A stretch of DNA of 64,000 bases, taken from assembly GCA_905178155.1 (NCBI GenBank), contig CAJINV010000013.1:2174281-2238280 (forward strand). Direction: 5' to 3'. Position 1 is the first letter of the stretch. Each line of letters begins with the position of its first letter. The translations under genes and the position numbers were made by a program. Source of the DNA: Amoebophrya sp. A120. Taxonomy: Eukaryota; Protista; Dinoflagellata. The notes below the pieces were generated by a model that was not told the DNA's origin, ran no database searches, and saw nothing but the letters and a program-made list of their open reading frames with translations. This document shows positions 1 through 12,554 of this stretch, one piece after another.

Positions 1-3000
1 GTTCAGCGAAAGCTGCTCCGGCACGACCATGAGATTGCTACTGTGGGTGTTAGCACCTCCGGTGTTTGTGCCGTTCAGCTTTTGATTCGTTCTTGGGCTC
101 TGGTTTGTCGGACTCACGGCCGCACTGGGGGCGACGGAAGATTTGCGACTCCGGCTGATGTAGTTATTCCACGAGATTTTGAAATAACAAGCGAAGGTCG
201 CAGTTGAGTGTCACATTTTCCAAACTCCTCATTGCGCGGAAACATCATCAAGAATCAATCAAGCATCACGATTTTTCCAACCCCTCACCAAGAGCATTCA
301 TACCTCGCCGAGCTCGCAGGTATTTCCACGGCGACTTTTCTCCACACCGTTTTCCTGGCGCAGGTCAGCACGAAGAAGAACTGGAACAGGGAGTTGAACG
401 TGTTTACCTGCGCTACGCCATTGTCCTTCGCATCCGCTCCGTTCTCCTTGGAGTCCTCGTCTACCTTGACATTTACCACCGCGGCCTTCCGCAGACTGAC
501 CTCGTAGCTCCGTTCTTGCTCTTGCTCCGCGAGTAACTTTTTTTTCGCGATCCGCTCCGCGCGCCGGTACTTTTTGTCTTCGAAAACCCGTCTCTCCGCG
601 TCTTGCAGGACGAACTGCGTGGCTTCGAACACTTTGACGAACAATCCAGCTTCGTCCGAGTAGAACTCGCCGAGTTTGAGGAAAGTGGGCAATTCAAACA
701 GTTGTATCAACCCATTTATGCATTGCAAATATTTCTGGGTCCTCTGGACAAGTGCCAGGTTTGTCATGCATATTTCCCACCAGCCATGATGTCTGTGTTG
801 CATGCCCTAGCGTCACAGATTCTGCGAGGTGGGCTTTCTAATGCTCATACCGCATGAGACATGCCCTTTCCGCGTAGCAAAAACTGGATCTCTTTTACTG
901 TTCGTGCAAGCCAGATTTTATGTAGAGTCCGAAGGTCGCATGACAAGTTGCATCCTTCCAGGCCCAGACATAGTTGCATTGGATACCATTCTCGTGGTAG
1001 CAAGTCAGCATGTCTTCGGACAGGTGAAGTCCTAGAATTTTCGCGGGTTTCTTCGACGCATCCCCACCGGTTGTAGTACCCCCTTTATTGCCTCCTGCGC
1101 TGTTGAACCCGCCCGTGGACGACGACCCGTAACTGTTGTGAAAATGCGAGGGGGAGCCGGAACCCGAGGCCGGGGTGGCAGACCCGGATTTTTGCAATAG
1201 TTGTCGTGCGATCATCGCCGGATCTGTCCCGATTTCGGGCAGGGTTCCGTAGGGTTTGTTCAACAAATTTCGCATGTCCACGGCCTTGGTCTTGTTGCCC
1301 GTTGTAGTTCCTGACATGGACGAGTGCGAGGTCCCCTGGCTCCCGGCGGAAACTAACGATCTTCGTTCTTGCTCGCTGTTGTTTTTCAAAATACTCGTCC
1401 TTCCGGCTTCTTGGCTTATTCCTGATGTTCTACTCGCGCCGGCCACGACCGCATTTTTGCTACTTCCCCTCTTTGACGATGATCTGGAACCACTTCGCCG
1501 GGGTCCAGATTCTCGTCGGTCCCCTCGCGGACTTCTGCTCTTGTCGTCCGGATTGGTGACTATTTTCTGGTACGGAATCGCGTAGTCCAAGTCTAAACTC
1601 GTCAAGTCGAAGACGAACAGAGTCCCCTCCTTCGAGCCGACGAGCAGTTTATCCCCGGGCCTCGGCTTACCGACGGTTTTTGTCCCGACTCCCCCTTCCT
1701 TCGTGTCGAAAAAGCCGCACGCCTCGTCCTTGGAGTTCGCGGCGGGTTTCTTCTTGTTTATCCCGGCGAGTAAACCGGATGCCTCCGCGGCGATGGTTTC
1801 CTGTAAAGTGAGGTGCGCCGCGTCTTCGGATTCCAACCGTTTTCGCACTGCGATTTGCAGCGACGTGATGCCGGTACAGAGCCCGTCGGCCAGATTGATC
1901 CTTGTGTTGGAGGCCGCTGTTGCAACTTGTGTTGTCGTCGAAGAAGTGGCCTTACTACTGTCGTGATTATTCCTCGGTGACATGGAACCCCTTCTAGAAG
2001 AACTCGATGCAGCTCCCGCCTGCTGCTGTCCCCCGGAGGACGGTTGCAACGCTGGGGTGGAGTTCACCGACTCCACTTCCATCGAAGAATTTATCAAATG
2101 CAAATATGTCTGGGTCTGGAAACTTGTGATGCAAGCCAGGGAACACTGGGCGCACTGACGTATATGGCCAAGCATGACAAGTTTTGCGACTGCTATGTGT
2201 CGTGTATTCCGCATGGCAGACTGCGCCTTTGCATAACAGACAAAGCGATCCTGTTGCGCCTACGTTCGTTCGTTGTGGGTCGGCTCTGCCGACCGGGTAA
2301 CCCAACGCCTTGCATACAAATGACCGACTTGGGCGAACCCCGTTGCGGGACATACAAAATGGCCGCACGGAAGGGCCCTAGGCGCTACATACATAGTTCA
2401 CCCTAAGCGCCTACCACTTCGGTCTCGGACCTCGTCTACCATGACAGACAAGCATGACAGAGCTCCGAGTGCACCTACGCATGACAGAGCTCCGAGTCAT
2501 GCCAGACAAGCATGACAAATCTGAAAATCTTCCAGACCCAGACACTTTTGCAATCCTTAGAATTCAGCCTTGAGCTATTCAACAAACTGGACGACCCAAG
2601 AACTGACCCGGAGTTGTGGTGCTGTCCCGAAGATCTTTGCAACTGCGCCCGCGCTTCCAAATTCATTTTTTCCGCCCACTCCTCCCCATTCTTGCCCGAA
2701 ATCGCCCAACCGGACTGCTCGGATAGCGGGGACTTCGGCATCGGCCGGTCAAAGTCCGACAGCCTTCGCGACCGAAACGGCTGCCGTCGCGGCGGGCTCA
2801 TGGAGGATCGCGATCGGCTGTTGGTCAACATCTTCGACAAGTCGATCGGCGCAGTAGTTGCAGAGGACGTAGAGGCTTGATGCTTCATGTTCTTAGTACT
2901 GTCGGACGATGAAAATGGTAACTCATGCGAGGCTCCTTCTTGCTCCTTATCCGACGACCCGCCCTGTTCGGACAACACGGGTAAGAAGTCGCTCATCACC

Positions 3001-6000
3001 GAGCTTCTCCTCCTCTGCTTTTTCAGCTCCCTTCGGCAGTCCCGGGCGTATTTCACGGGTTCGACCGGGACCACAAACTGGTTCGGGTCTTTCGTGTCGA
3101 ACAATTCCTCCAGCTCGTACTTCCGCTCTTCCCAGGTCTTTGGCGGTTTTTCCGGCTCGCAGTCCGGCGGGTTGATTTCAAACGCGCCGAGCTGCTGTTT
3201 TCTTTCGCCAATACCCGAGTATTTCCGCACTACGTAGCCGTTGTTCGGTCGGAGAAAAAGCAACCTCCCGGTGTTCGTCCCCACGATGAGCAGTGGGTGG
3301 TCTTTGCACAGGGTCACTGCCGTGATCACCGTGTTTTGCTCCGCAAAGTCATCCGAAAGATCAAACAGCGTGTCCAGATGCAGCGGGTTGTGCCGGGAGT
3401 GCCGGAAAATCGTTTTCTTCGTGGCGGAAAAAAGGACGCCGGACCTGATATGGTAAATACAGAGCGAAATTTATTGTTTCATCAAATTTTTGCGTGTGTC
3501 AGTCAAAAAATCACTCATCAAACAGCACCTATAGATGATGAGTAGAAATTTTAAGAACCCGATCATATTTGTACCTCGCGCTTAACTGTAGACTGAGCGG
3601 GATCGCTGTGTCGTCTAGAAGATTTGCGTCCACCACTCCGCCCAAACTGCTACCCCCTCGCTGCGCGAAACCCGAGCTTCCGGTTGTACTAGCCGCTAGT
3701 ACCGCTTGGCTCTGATGCTGTGCTTGCGCGACGAGGGCGCCGCCACTTGCCTCCCCCTCGTTGTCCGCATCGACTTCGTTGAACAGCTCTACGTCCGCCA
3801 CACCGTTCGAGGCGAAGTACGTGACTCGGTCGCCCACCACCCACAGCCGCAACCTGCTGTAGTAGGTGCATACCAGTTGCTTGTCGACGGACCCGGACCC
3901 GGAAAACACCATCGGGCCGCCGAACTCCTGGAGAGCCAGGAACTCCCGCGCGTCCCACATGATGCAGAAAAATTTCTCGTCGATGGAGAACAGCGCGTTC
4001 TCGAAGTACTTTACCTTGGTCACGGGATACTCGTGGTGCGACAGCTTCGTACGCAGCCCGCGGAAAATCCCTTTCTCCAAGTTCCACACCGGAATCGTCT
4101 TCTCGCCGCTGTAGCAGCTCGCCAGCAGACCGAGCTTCTCGTCGGAGTATTGAGAGGAAAAATCCATCCACCCCATATCGAAAAGGTATGTTTCTGAAAA
4201 TTTGCGTTGCTGATTTGCGGCCACAAATCGCGCCTGTCTTGCACGCAGGCAACTCCACAGGCTCCGCCGCATTATGCAGGCGCTCTGTGATGCTGGTGGG
4301 CCTACGGCAAAGACGTTCCTCATGCTAAGCGCCTCAGCCAAAACCTCTCCAGTTCGGCTTGGTATGGGCTGCAGTCCTCTCCAGCAAGAGAAACCTGATT
4401 TGTGTACGGAAATCCAGCATCAGAAACTTCGTGTCGATATGGGGAGGGGGGATTTTCCTTTTGATACGGAGAGGGACAAGTTTAAGCAAGCCGCTTTCTC
4501 GTAGACGCCGGTATCCAGTTTCAAGTCCACCGCCATGGTCCGGCCGTCCCACATGCAGATGGCCCCGTCCCGACTCGCGGTGAGGAAAGCGAAGGAATTT
4601 TTGTAGTTTATTTCCACAAACGCGGTGATCTTCTGTCCCTTGTGGATCGTGTCGTTGATGAACCAGGGAAAGTGCTTTTTCCGCGGGTAGCTCTCCGGCG
4701 TCTCGCCGTCAAATTGGTAAAAGGTGAGCACGCCCAGTTGCGCGGTGGACAAGAGCAGAAAACTTGAGTGCTTGGACCCTTTGGACACGTTCCTGCTAAA
4801 GTAGATTTCGTCGTAGTCTTTGGGCAGTAAAAACTCCGCTTCTTGCGCGATCCGCGTGCTGATGCCCAACTGCTTGATCTCCTGCTGCAGCGCGTGCCCG
4901 GAGCCCCGGTAGAGTAGCGAGAACTGCGCGATGCGTCGGTTCGTGCACAGGATCGTCAGCAGAATTTTCGAGGGGTGGAAGGCGCAGTCTAGAATGTGAA
5001 ATTTGTTCTGGTCCGTCATTTTGTGCACCAACTGCTTGCAGAAATGGGGGTCCGCGAACGCCTTATCCACTGCGTCGTTGTTCGCGGCGTTGCCGTGGAG
5101 TGGGATGGTCAATTGCTGCCCTTTTTGCATTTCTTTCTCGCCGGACATCAACGGCGGTGGCGACATTTGCAGCTCGGAAATGCTCGCCGAGCGGTAGACG
5201 CTGTTCCCCGGCTATCCAGGAAAAAAAGTGTGTAAGTGTAACTTTCTTTGAGAAACAGCATCACAAATTTACTCTACATGACAGAGAAAACCTGTCATGC
5301 GTGTGTTGTAAGGGAAAACACACATGAAAAGAGGACTTCGTGGCTGTCTGGCATGACACGCGTAACTGTGTTGCATGTTCTGCAACACAAATTTACACTT
5401 ACACAGTTTTTTTCTTGCATACCGGCTGCTGCAAGGGTTCCTCGAGGAGCTTGGAGAACTCCTCCTTCCGCTGTTTATCGGTCATGGTTGCTACTGGGAT
5501 GGGGTTCTTGTCTATCACACGAAAAAGGTGTTACAGTTACACTTACACATTTGTTCTCAATTTAGCAACACAAATTTCTGTGCACGAGAGAGAAAACTTG
5601 TACTGCAGAAATCCTACGGGAAAACACGTATGAAACAAGGCTTTTATGCATATCCGGCATGACGAAGCTTGTCTGTCTTGCTATGTCTGCAACACAATGT
5701 GTAACTGTAACACTTTTTTCTTGGGATATTTTCCTCAGCGAACATCTGCTTCAGTTCCGGAAGAATGACGTCATCTGAGTATTGTATTCGTGTATTGGGA
5801 ACAAAATGAAATCATGCAAGACGCCAGTGCTTCGTTTCTGTTTCGGCCCTGCCATGGTGCTCGCCTAGTTGTGGAATTATCTAAAAGCAAAACAGTCTCT
5901 ACTGGATAGTACTCGATTTATGACATCACAACTTCTATTCATTTCTAACCTTCCCCCACACTTGGTCTGGTTTTTTTCTCGAACTCCGGCTGTACATTTT

Positions 6001-7278
6001 TGATCACGTTGGACCGTGGGTGGTACAGGGACAACAGCTTCGCGTCCTTCTCTATTCGGAGCAGACAATCCAACTCCGGGAGGTACTTGACAATCCGCAT
6101 GGGGTGCTCCTGCATGGGGCTCGCCTCCTCGCCGGTGCGCAGGTCCCGCGCCCGCCGCTTCTCAAACTCTGACAGGGGCTTCTTCAGTTCGTGCGGCATC
6201 AGCAGCCCGCCGGGTAAGTGCGCGACCATGTGGAGCTGCGGGTTGTTGTTCGATCCCTCCCCCGCATTCTTCTGCTTCTCCTGCTCACGGCAAATCGACG
6301 AAAGATTATTGGACAACACAGTAGAAGGATCAGCCGGCCCGATCGCGTTGCTGCTCGACACAATCAGCTCGGAGAACTCGCGCCACTGGATTTGCTGCCC
6401 CGAACGGGGTTGCAGGTCGTTGTAAAGAGCAACCTGACGATTTGCGCGTATGAAAATTTATTTTTCTACACCTACAGGACTTCTTGCCAAAAAAAAAAAT
6501 TCAAATGCAAATCGTGTTCGCGAAAAAAAACATTATGCAGTATTAAATCGACATCAGGCGACTGCAAATCAACATATTACTAGCCCCGCCAAGAAGTCCA
6601 ACACTCGCGTCCGGTCGTAGGCTCCGGCTTTCAACACCACAATCTTCAAAAATTCCGCCACCGAGACCCCGTTTGATTTAAACCCATTCTTCTCGTCTTT
6701 GCCGGACATGGCCTTCCGCACCACCTTCAGGCTCCGGTGGTCGAACTGCGGCAATATCACGGACAGCTCGCACGGATTGCATCCTGGCGTCGTCGTGAGG
6801 TTGGAGGAAGAGGAGTGCGAAAACACGTAGTTGCTCCAGCCGCCCGCGTGCGTAATCTCCCGGCCGTCCTGAAATCGCCGGTGCTCTAATTCGAGGAGGA
6901 TATGGAAGCGTCAGGTTTGAAATCGACAAAGTTGAAATGAGTTTTCATGCATAAAATGTAAGGCATGAAATGCCTGTCGTGCCGGGATGGCAAGTGAGGC
7001 CGACTGTCAGCCTGTTTAGGGTTTGAAATAGACCTGCTAAACTAGCATGACAAAAGCACTCTTTTGTGCCCAAACAGCATGACAAATTGGATTCCGGTGC
7101 TCGAAAAATTTGTCATGCGCCGCTTGATAAGTGGGCTTCCGGTTCCGACTGGTATCGGTTTCATGCATGACAAATATATTTCAACTTTGTCGATTTCAAA
7201 CCTGACGCTTCCATACAGGAGCCGGATCAAGTTCTTCCGCCGGGGTGCGGAGGAACTTGACGAGCTGTGCTTCACCAT
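1..7278 (-). CDS. Large multi-exon protein with WD40-like repeats and a possible N-terminal EF-hand-like region; runs off the left edge
   Basis: ORF pieces join in frame after introner removal. WD-like segments FLTASRDGAICMWD, LASCYSGEKTIPVWNL, LFSIDEKFFCIMWD, LLVGSKEGTLFVFD. ATG at 7278. Confidence 0.65.
717..985. mobile_element. Introner family A (TIR tat..tgca.a.atgtctgggtctgg)
   Basis: Imperfect TIRs, flanking direct repeat (DR) ccatt/ccatt; removal restores CYHENG-LIQLF. Confidence 0.85.
2092..2559. mobile_element. Introner family A with nested ~215-bp insertion
   Basis: TIRs, DR gaatt/gaatt; colinear with the copy at 20307 apart from the extra segment 2265-2473. Confidence 0.85.
4148..4466. 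mobile_element. Introner family B (TIR tatcaaaaggaaaaatccccc..ccccatatc)
   Basis: DR cggag/cggag; homologous to copies at 18017, 33210, 43051 and 52688. Confidence 0.9.
5213..5421. mobile_element. Introner family C (TIR tat..agaaaaaa..gtgtaagtgtaa)
   Basis: TIRs, DR ccggc/ccggc. Confidence 0.85.
5513..5728. mobile_element. Introner, family C-like
   Basis: TIR tatc..gaaaaa.gtgttacagttacac; DR ttgtc/ttttc. Confidence 0.8.
6901..7215. mobile_element. Introner family D with perfect 38-bp TIR
   Basis: tatggaagcgtcaggtttgaaatcgacaaagttgaaat inverted at both ends; DR gagga/cagga. Confidence 0.9.
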
Positions 7279-8427
7279 CTTCGCCGGCAGGAGGACCCGT
7301 TTCTGAGCACGACGTTCGAGTAGGCGCAGCTCCTGCAGCTGTCCTGTTTACTTCATAGGTTATTTTTCACGCACATGGTGGATCCTAGTCCTGCTCTTCT
7401 GCGCGACCGCATGATTTGCGCTCGCGTGTACTTCATCTAGCGGCTCGCGGAAGAACGTTTTTTGTTTCTGAAAGTTCAGAAACCAGAGTCGAACTACTTT
7501 CAGTAATTTTTCCAACTTAATATCCTGCGGCTTGCTTCGTCTCTCTCGTCATATTAGATACCGCATTTTTTTCATTGCACCTGATGCGCGGCAGCTCCTC
7601 TGCAACCCAGTCTGCAGGAACGTATGAGCATGAAGCGCACCTCTTCCTCCTTAGGACCGCGTCACCTTTGGTATAGAAAGAGTTGCCACTCACACAAGCT
7701 GCTGATCTGTTTCCAGAGAAAATCGCAGTGACGCCATCGGCTCACTTTGTGCAAGGTTTTCAGTGGTAGTTCCGGGTGATTCATTGCTTTGCTTCATAAG
7801 GTCCTTTGCATTCGCAATATACGACCGCGTCCTTGTTCATCTTCTAGACTCATTATCTGGATTCATTTATGTTTTTCTTTACCGGGCGGGCAAAGCACAG
7901 CTAGAGCACATGATTGTTCTTTTTCAGTTTCTGTCTTCCGGGATAGCAATAAACTTCCGCGATGTAGTTAGGGGAGTGCTATAGGAGATTTTGGTACATT
8001 TAAATAGGAAGTTCTAGTTCATCTACTGGTGTAGCGCTCTACGCTATAGTAATCTCCTTATGAAAGTCGAAGCGCAGCAAGTATATGCATCGTCTAAAAA
8101 TTAGATACAGGATGCCTTCTATGCGTTTCCGTAGTTATTTTTGCGTAATGTATTCAAATCATAAATTCTGTCTGTCGCAAGACGAGAGAGACCCAAATGA
8201 ACGGACGACCGACAGAGTTCACTCGTTCTCCCCACGTCTGTGCCGTGGTCCATTGCAATGTATTATAAACTTGTATTATCGGGTGTAAGTATTACAGTCT
8301 GGTGTTTCTTACTGTTGGAAAATTTTCGCCGGTTTCCGACCAAGAGTTGTTCTTTCGGACCAGGAGGAGCTCTTTGCTGAGTAAAGGAACCGCGTCAAGA
8401 ACTACGCAAGAACTACTTCAGCGTCGC

Positions 8428-10560
8428 CTAGACCATCGGCTGGGCAATCACCTTAAAGTTATCCCTGCGCACCTGCTTCGCACTTCCGTCGAGCTCCAAA
8501 CGGATTTCGTAGCGATCGCCGTCGCGGGACAGAATTACGGCGCGCTCCCCGTTCAGCGCGGCGGCGGTTTTCAAATTGCACAGTTCGATCCGCGTCCCTT
8601 TCGCGATGGGCTGGTTGATCTGGTTGTCCAGGGAACTAGGATCCTGCCCGCCCGGTTGTCCGTGCATACCCGGACTGTACGCGAGCTGCACGTTTTCGGC
8701 CTTCACTTTCTTGATAGTATCATCAGTGGAAAGCCGGATCTCATACCGCCGCCGCTCGTGGTCTACGGACAGCACCTGAAGAAATAATGGGATTTTTGCT
8801 TCAGTTGTGGTACGTCTTATAGATACGCATGGGAAATGCTGTCTCTTCTTGTGTCAAATTACTGACATCACAAATCCATTTCACCAAGTCCTTACCTCTG
8901 CCAGCTGCCCATTTAGCCATCCCGCGTTTCTGAGATTTATCAGCTCTACTACTGCGCCAACTGGTATTGTCAAATCTGGCTTCTCGACCTTGTACTGCAC
9001 CGTGCTAGCGGGCCCGGCTTCCTGTTTTAGTGATTTATTGAGTTCTCGCAAGTTCCGTTCGATCGAAGTACACATGCGTCACAAATTCCAATAATGCATC
9101 ACAAATTCCTTACCTCCAGCCGTAGAGCTAGTTCTTCCGGTATGTCCTCTCCTGGTCCTAGCGCGGCTAAAATGTATTCCGTGCAAAAACGTGCCCGCCG
9201 CAGACTTGTCAAGTAAAACTGCATGCTTAAAATGTTTCTCATGCGCAGCCCCGCAACGGGGAAAAGCGTTTCATTCTAGTGCTGTTTATCATGCGCAACA
9301 ACCAAAACTATGTTGATTTGTCTAGCCGATTTCCCCTCTTGACTTTGCAGTGGCCACGTTTTTACACATGTGATAAAATATTATCCGGTTTCACTCGGAA
9401 TAGTTGGCCGGTGTCCACGGCCCGCACCTCGTACCGCGCTGCGGATTTGGATTCGCCCATGTTTGGATTTGCGTCGGTGAAGTCGACCACCCGTCCCACG
9501 GTGCCATTTAATGAGCCGTGATTTCGGAGGCCGGCGATGACGTATCCTGTGTAAAAACGTCCCCACCCCAGAGTTGTCATGCAGATTTGCCATGACAGGA
9601 ACATTTGTGATGCGCAACCCCATGACAGGCATTTTCAATCGTGTTTGGGAACTTGTAATGCTGTAAACAGGATCAGAAGGTCGATTTGTGATGCGGCTTT
9701 CCTTGCTAACTTGCACTACCTTACGGACTGAAACTTGTCATGCGTGACTCCTAAAACTCCTAGGTTTGTGTTGCAAAATCCCCATCTTGACTCTGGTGTG
9801 GGGATGTTTTTACTCAGGATATGACGACGCGCGTGTTTAGGGGAAGTAACCCCGGGGCGTAGGGAAACCCGTCGTTGAGAACATGGAGCAGGTGGTTCTC
9901 CTTCACTTTTACTATGGTCCCCGACTGGTCGAAGGTAACTTCGTACTTCGTCTTCTTGTCTTCGAACACCTGGAGTACGATTCATTTATCGTGCATCATC
10001 GTCCAAATTAGATGGTCAACAAGTTAAAAATCTGCATCTGCTTCTTGTTCGTAAAGGACTTCATCCGAAGCATCAGTAAGTAGAGGTGCACCGAATTCTT
10101 CTGAAGCAAAAATGATTTATACCTTCGTTATTGTTCCGATGCTGCCATTATACACCGCGTTGCTGCCACTGAACCCCACACATATCACCTTTGCAGCCTC
10201 CGGGAAGTGCTGCCGGCTACTGGATGAATTCCCGGCGGTGCCGGCGTTCGCGTCTACATTTGCTTCGCTCGTGTCTATCTGGTACAGGCGGCCGAGTAGT
10301 TGAATCAGGCTCTTCTCATGCTTTTTCTTCTGCAACAGGGTTTCTTCCTCGAGCAATGAGGTCACGAGCTGTTGAATGACTTGCAGGTTCCCGACTTCGT
10401 GCGCCGGAGGCAGATCCTTGTGGACCACTTCGGCCTGCTCCTGATTTCATTAGAATGACACATTTGGCATGAGAAGTTGCACTTGTTCTCACATCGCAGG
10501 AGCTGAGGTGGCTACTTCATCTTGACAAGCGCCAACATCAATCACATCTTCTTACTCCGT
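8428..10560 (-). CDS. Protein with tandem KOW/SH3-like 'L..LNG....V....RY.V' repeats (start approximate)
   Basis: Repeats ELCNLKTAAALNGERAVI..RYEIRL, ELINLRNAGWLNGQLAEV, IAGLRNHGSLNGTVGRV..RYEVR, CVGFSGSNAVYNGSIGTI. Confidence 0.6.
9543..9821. mobile_element. Introner family E (279 bp)
   Basis: TIR tatcctg.gtaaaaac; DR tgacg/tgacg; near-identical to 37421-37699. Confidence 0.9.
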
Positions 10561-11742
10561 CCTCTGCAACGCACTCCAAGCCTATGCCCGGCGGATGGTA
10601 CCGCAACAGTATCCTTTTTAGCTTCATTGCTGCGGAGGTAGTGATCCCTGTTGCTGAACTAGCAGTAGTTCACCTGTTCTGTCACCTACTTCGCGAGGTT
10701 CTTGGTCGCGGTCCAGGTCTTTCTTCATGCGTACATAATGTACTACCTCCGTCGTGCATTCTATGGGGTTCCTCTCGAGAAGATAGTGAAAAACTTTTCG
10801 TTAATCTTCAATCTGAATTATGAGCTACATCAGAGACGGTAAGAAATACACGGATGGAACTGGAAGCTGAAGAACATGTGCACATTTATGAAATAGGCGC
10901 TACTGAAACTGACCACATCGACAAGCATTTAAGAACTACAACTCCAGTGGTGGAACTCCTACGAAGAGGGACTCTACCACAAACTGCAACGACGGGGAGA
11001 TTCCGCATCCTGCGAGGAAGTGCACAAATGCGGTTTTTTAGAAATCACTTGCACTGTGGTGCGCATGATGTTCTTCATTCTTCATGCTAATGAGAAATTT
11101 GCACTCGCAATTCCAAACTGGACAAGAAACCAGTGTCTATGCTTAAAGCTCGACAAAGCCACAAAGTCACGAACTTAACTGTGAGGTAGAACTTCGCAGT
11201 CGCGAGGGCTCTTACTCGGTCTTGTGCACTACAGTCTTGCAGAAAGATTCAAACTCAAAACATGGCTTTGCCACAAGAAAAACGTCCTCGGTCGTCTTTC
11301 CTCCCTCTCAACTCAGTGACATGCTTTTTCCGCGCATGTAGGTTAGAACAGGCTCAAGAAACTTCGTGTGCGAAATCGTATCTCCAGTGCGCATGTCGTA
11401 CCAACAGACTCGTAGAGCCAATCGAAACAGTAAATTGCTTTTCGTATAATTGCCACGAAACTGGCTCAATTTTCAAATTCGTACAATTTTCCAGCTTTGT
11501 TCTGTCGTACAGAGAGCGCATAATGTTCACGCACTGTTTGGCATTTTACAATGGGTCGCGGTGTGGTTACAAATCCGCGAAGATTCATTTCATTTCCTCA
11601 AATCTTTTACATTTCGTTTTTCTACATAGGTGATGACTTCAATATCACAAGCAGAACCACTTCCACTAGCATCCCGTGCATTAGAATGAAGATCGCGTAC
11701 AACAGCTTCAAAACTGCATCGTTTGGTCAGCCTCATGATCGA

Positions 11743-12315
11743 TTACTGTTTGTACTGTTGCAGCACGCCGTGAATGCTTTTCAGGAAGTTCAGTGTTTCC
11801 TGCAAGAGCCGTTTGTTTTCCTTCATCAAGACCCTAAAAGTCCGCGGCTCTTTCTCCGGTGGTAGTTGTGGAGCTTCCTGATTATTATTTGGTTGTGGAA
11901 TCCTCGCCTCTCGATCTATTTGCACCTCTTCCTCCTCCTCCTCTTCATCGCACTCCGCGATTTGGTGCAGCGCGTTCATCGACCCGCCCCCGCTGCTGCG
12001 CAACTTGGACGCCGGGCGGTTCAGGTTTCGGCTGGCGCCCGCGCCGGTACCCATCAGTCCGCCCCCACCGTCGCCGGCCGAGGAAAAGTTCGAGTAACTG
12101 TTCATCCTGGCGTAGTCGAAGGCCTTGTCGAGGTTCTTTTTCGTTTTCTCGTGCTTTTCCGCCACCTCCGCGAACAGGGACTCGTGGTCGGACAGCTCGG
12201 TGCGCAGCTGGTCGCGCTTCAGCCGGAGAAAAGACAGAACCTCGTCGTCGGTCGTCGGGTTTGCCACGTAGTCATCGTAGAAGGCCATTTTTTTCTGTTG
12301 CTGTAATTGGGTCAC
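11743..12315 (-). CDS. Hypothetical coiled-coil protein
   Basis: 190-aa ORF with GC3-rich codons and two amphipathic coiled-coil segments; start uncertain. Confidence 0.55.
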   Translation of the reverse strand: MTQLQQQKKMAFYDDYVANPTTDDEVLSFLRLKRDQLRTELSDHESLFAEVAEKHEKTKKNLDKAFDYARMNSYSNFSSAGDGGGGLMGTGAGASRNLNRPASKLRSSGGGSMNALHQIAECDEEEEEEEVQIDREARIPQPNNNQEAPQLPPEKEPRTFRVLMKENKRLLQETLNFLKSIHGVLQQYKQ

Positions 12316-12554
12316 GCGATGAAAAGCGTCATATATCAGTTTGGGAGGGACTCGCTGGGAAATGAGAAAGGAAAGTGAGAAGAATCAGGCAGGGTGACGT
12401 TTTGGCATCGGTGAGCCCGTAGCGGCGATGGCGACGCCAGAATGCGTCTCGCCCAATCGAAGATAGAACTGCCGGCGTGGTAGAAGTGCCAGCGAACACT
12501 CAGCGAAACGACGAGAAGAGACGGCCTCGTCAACTCATCCCTCTGTCTTGGCTA

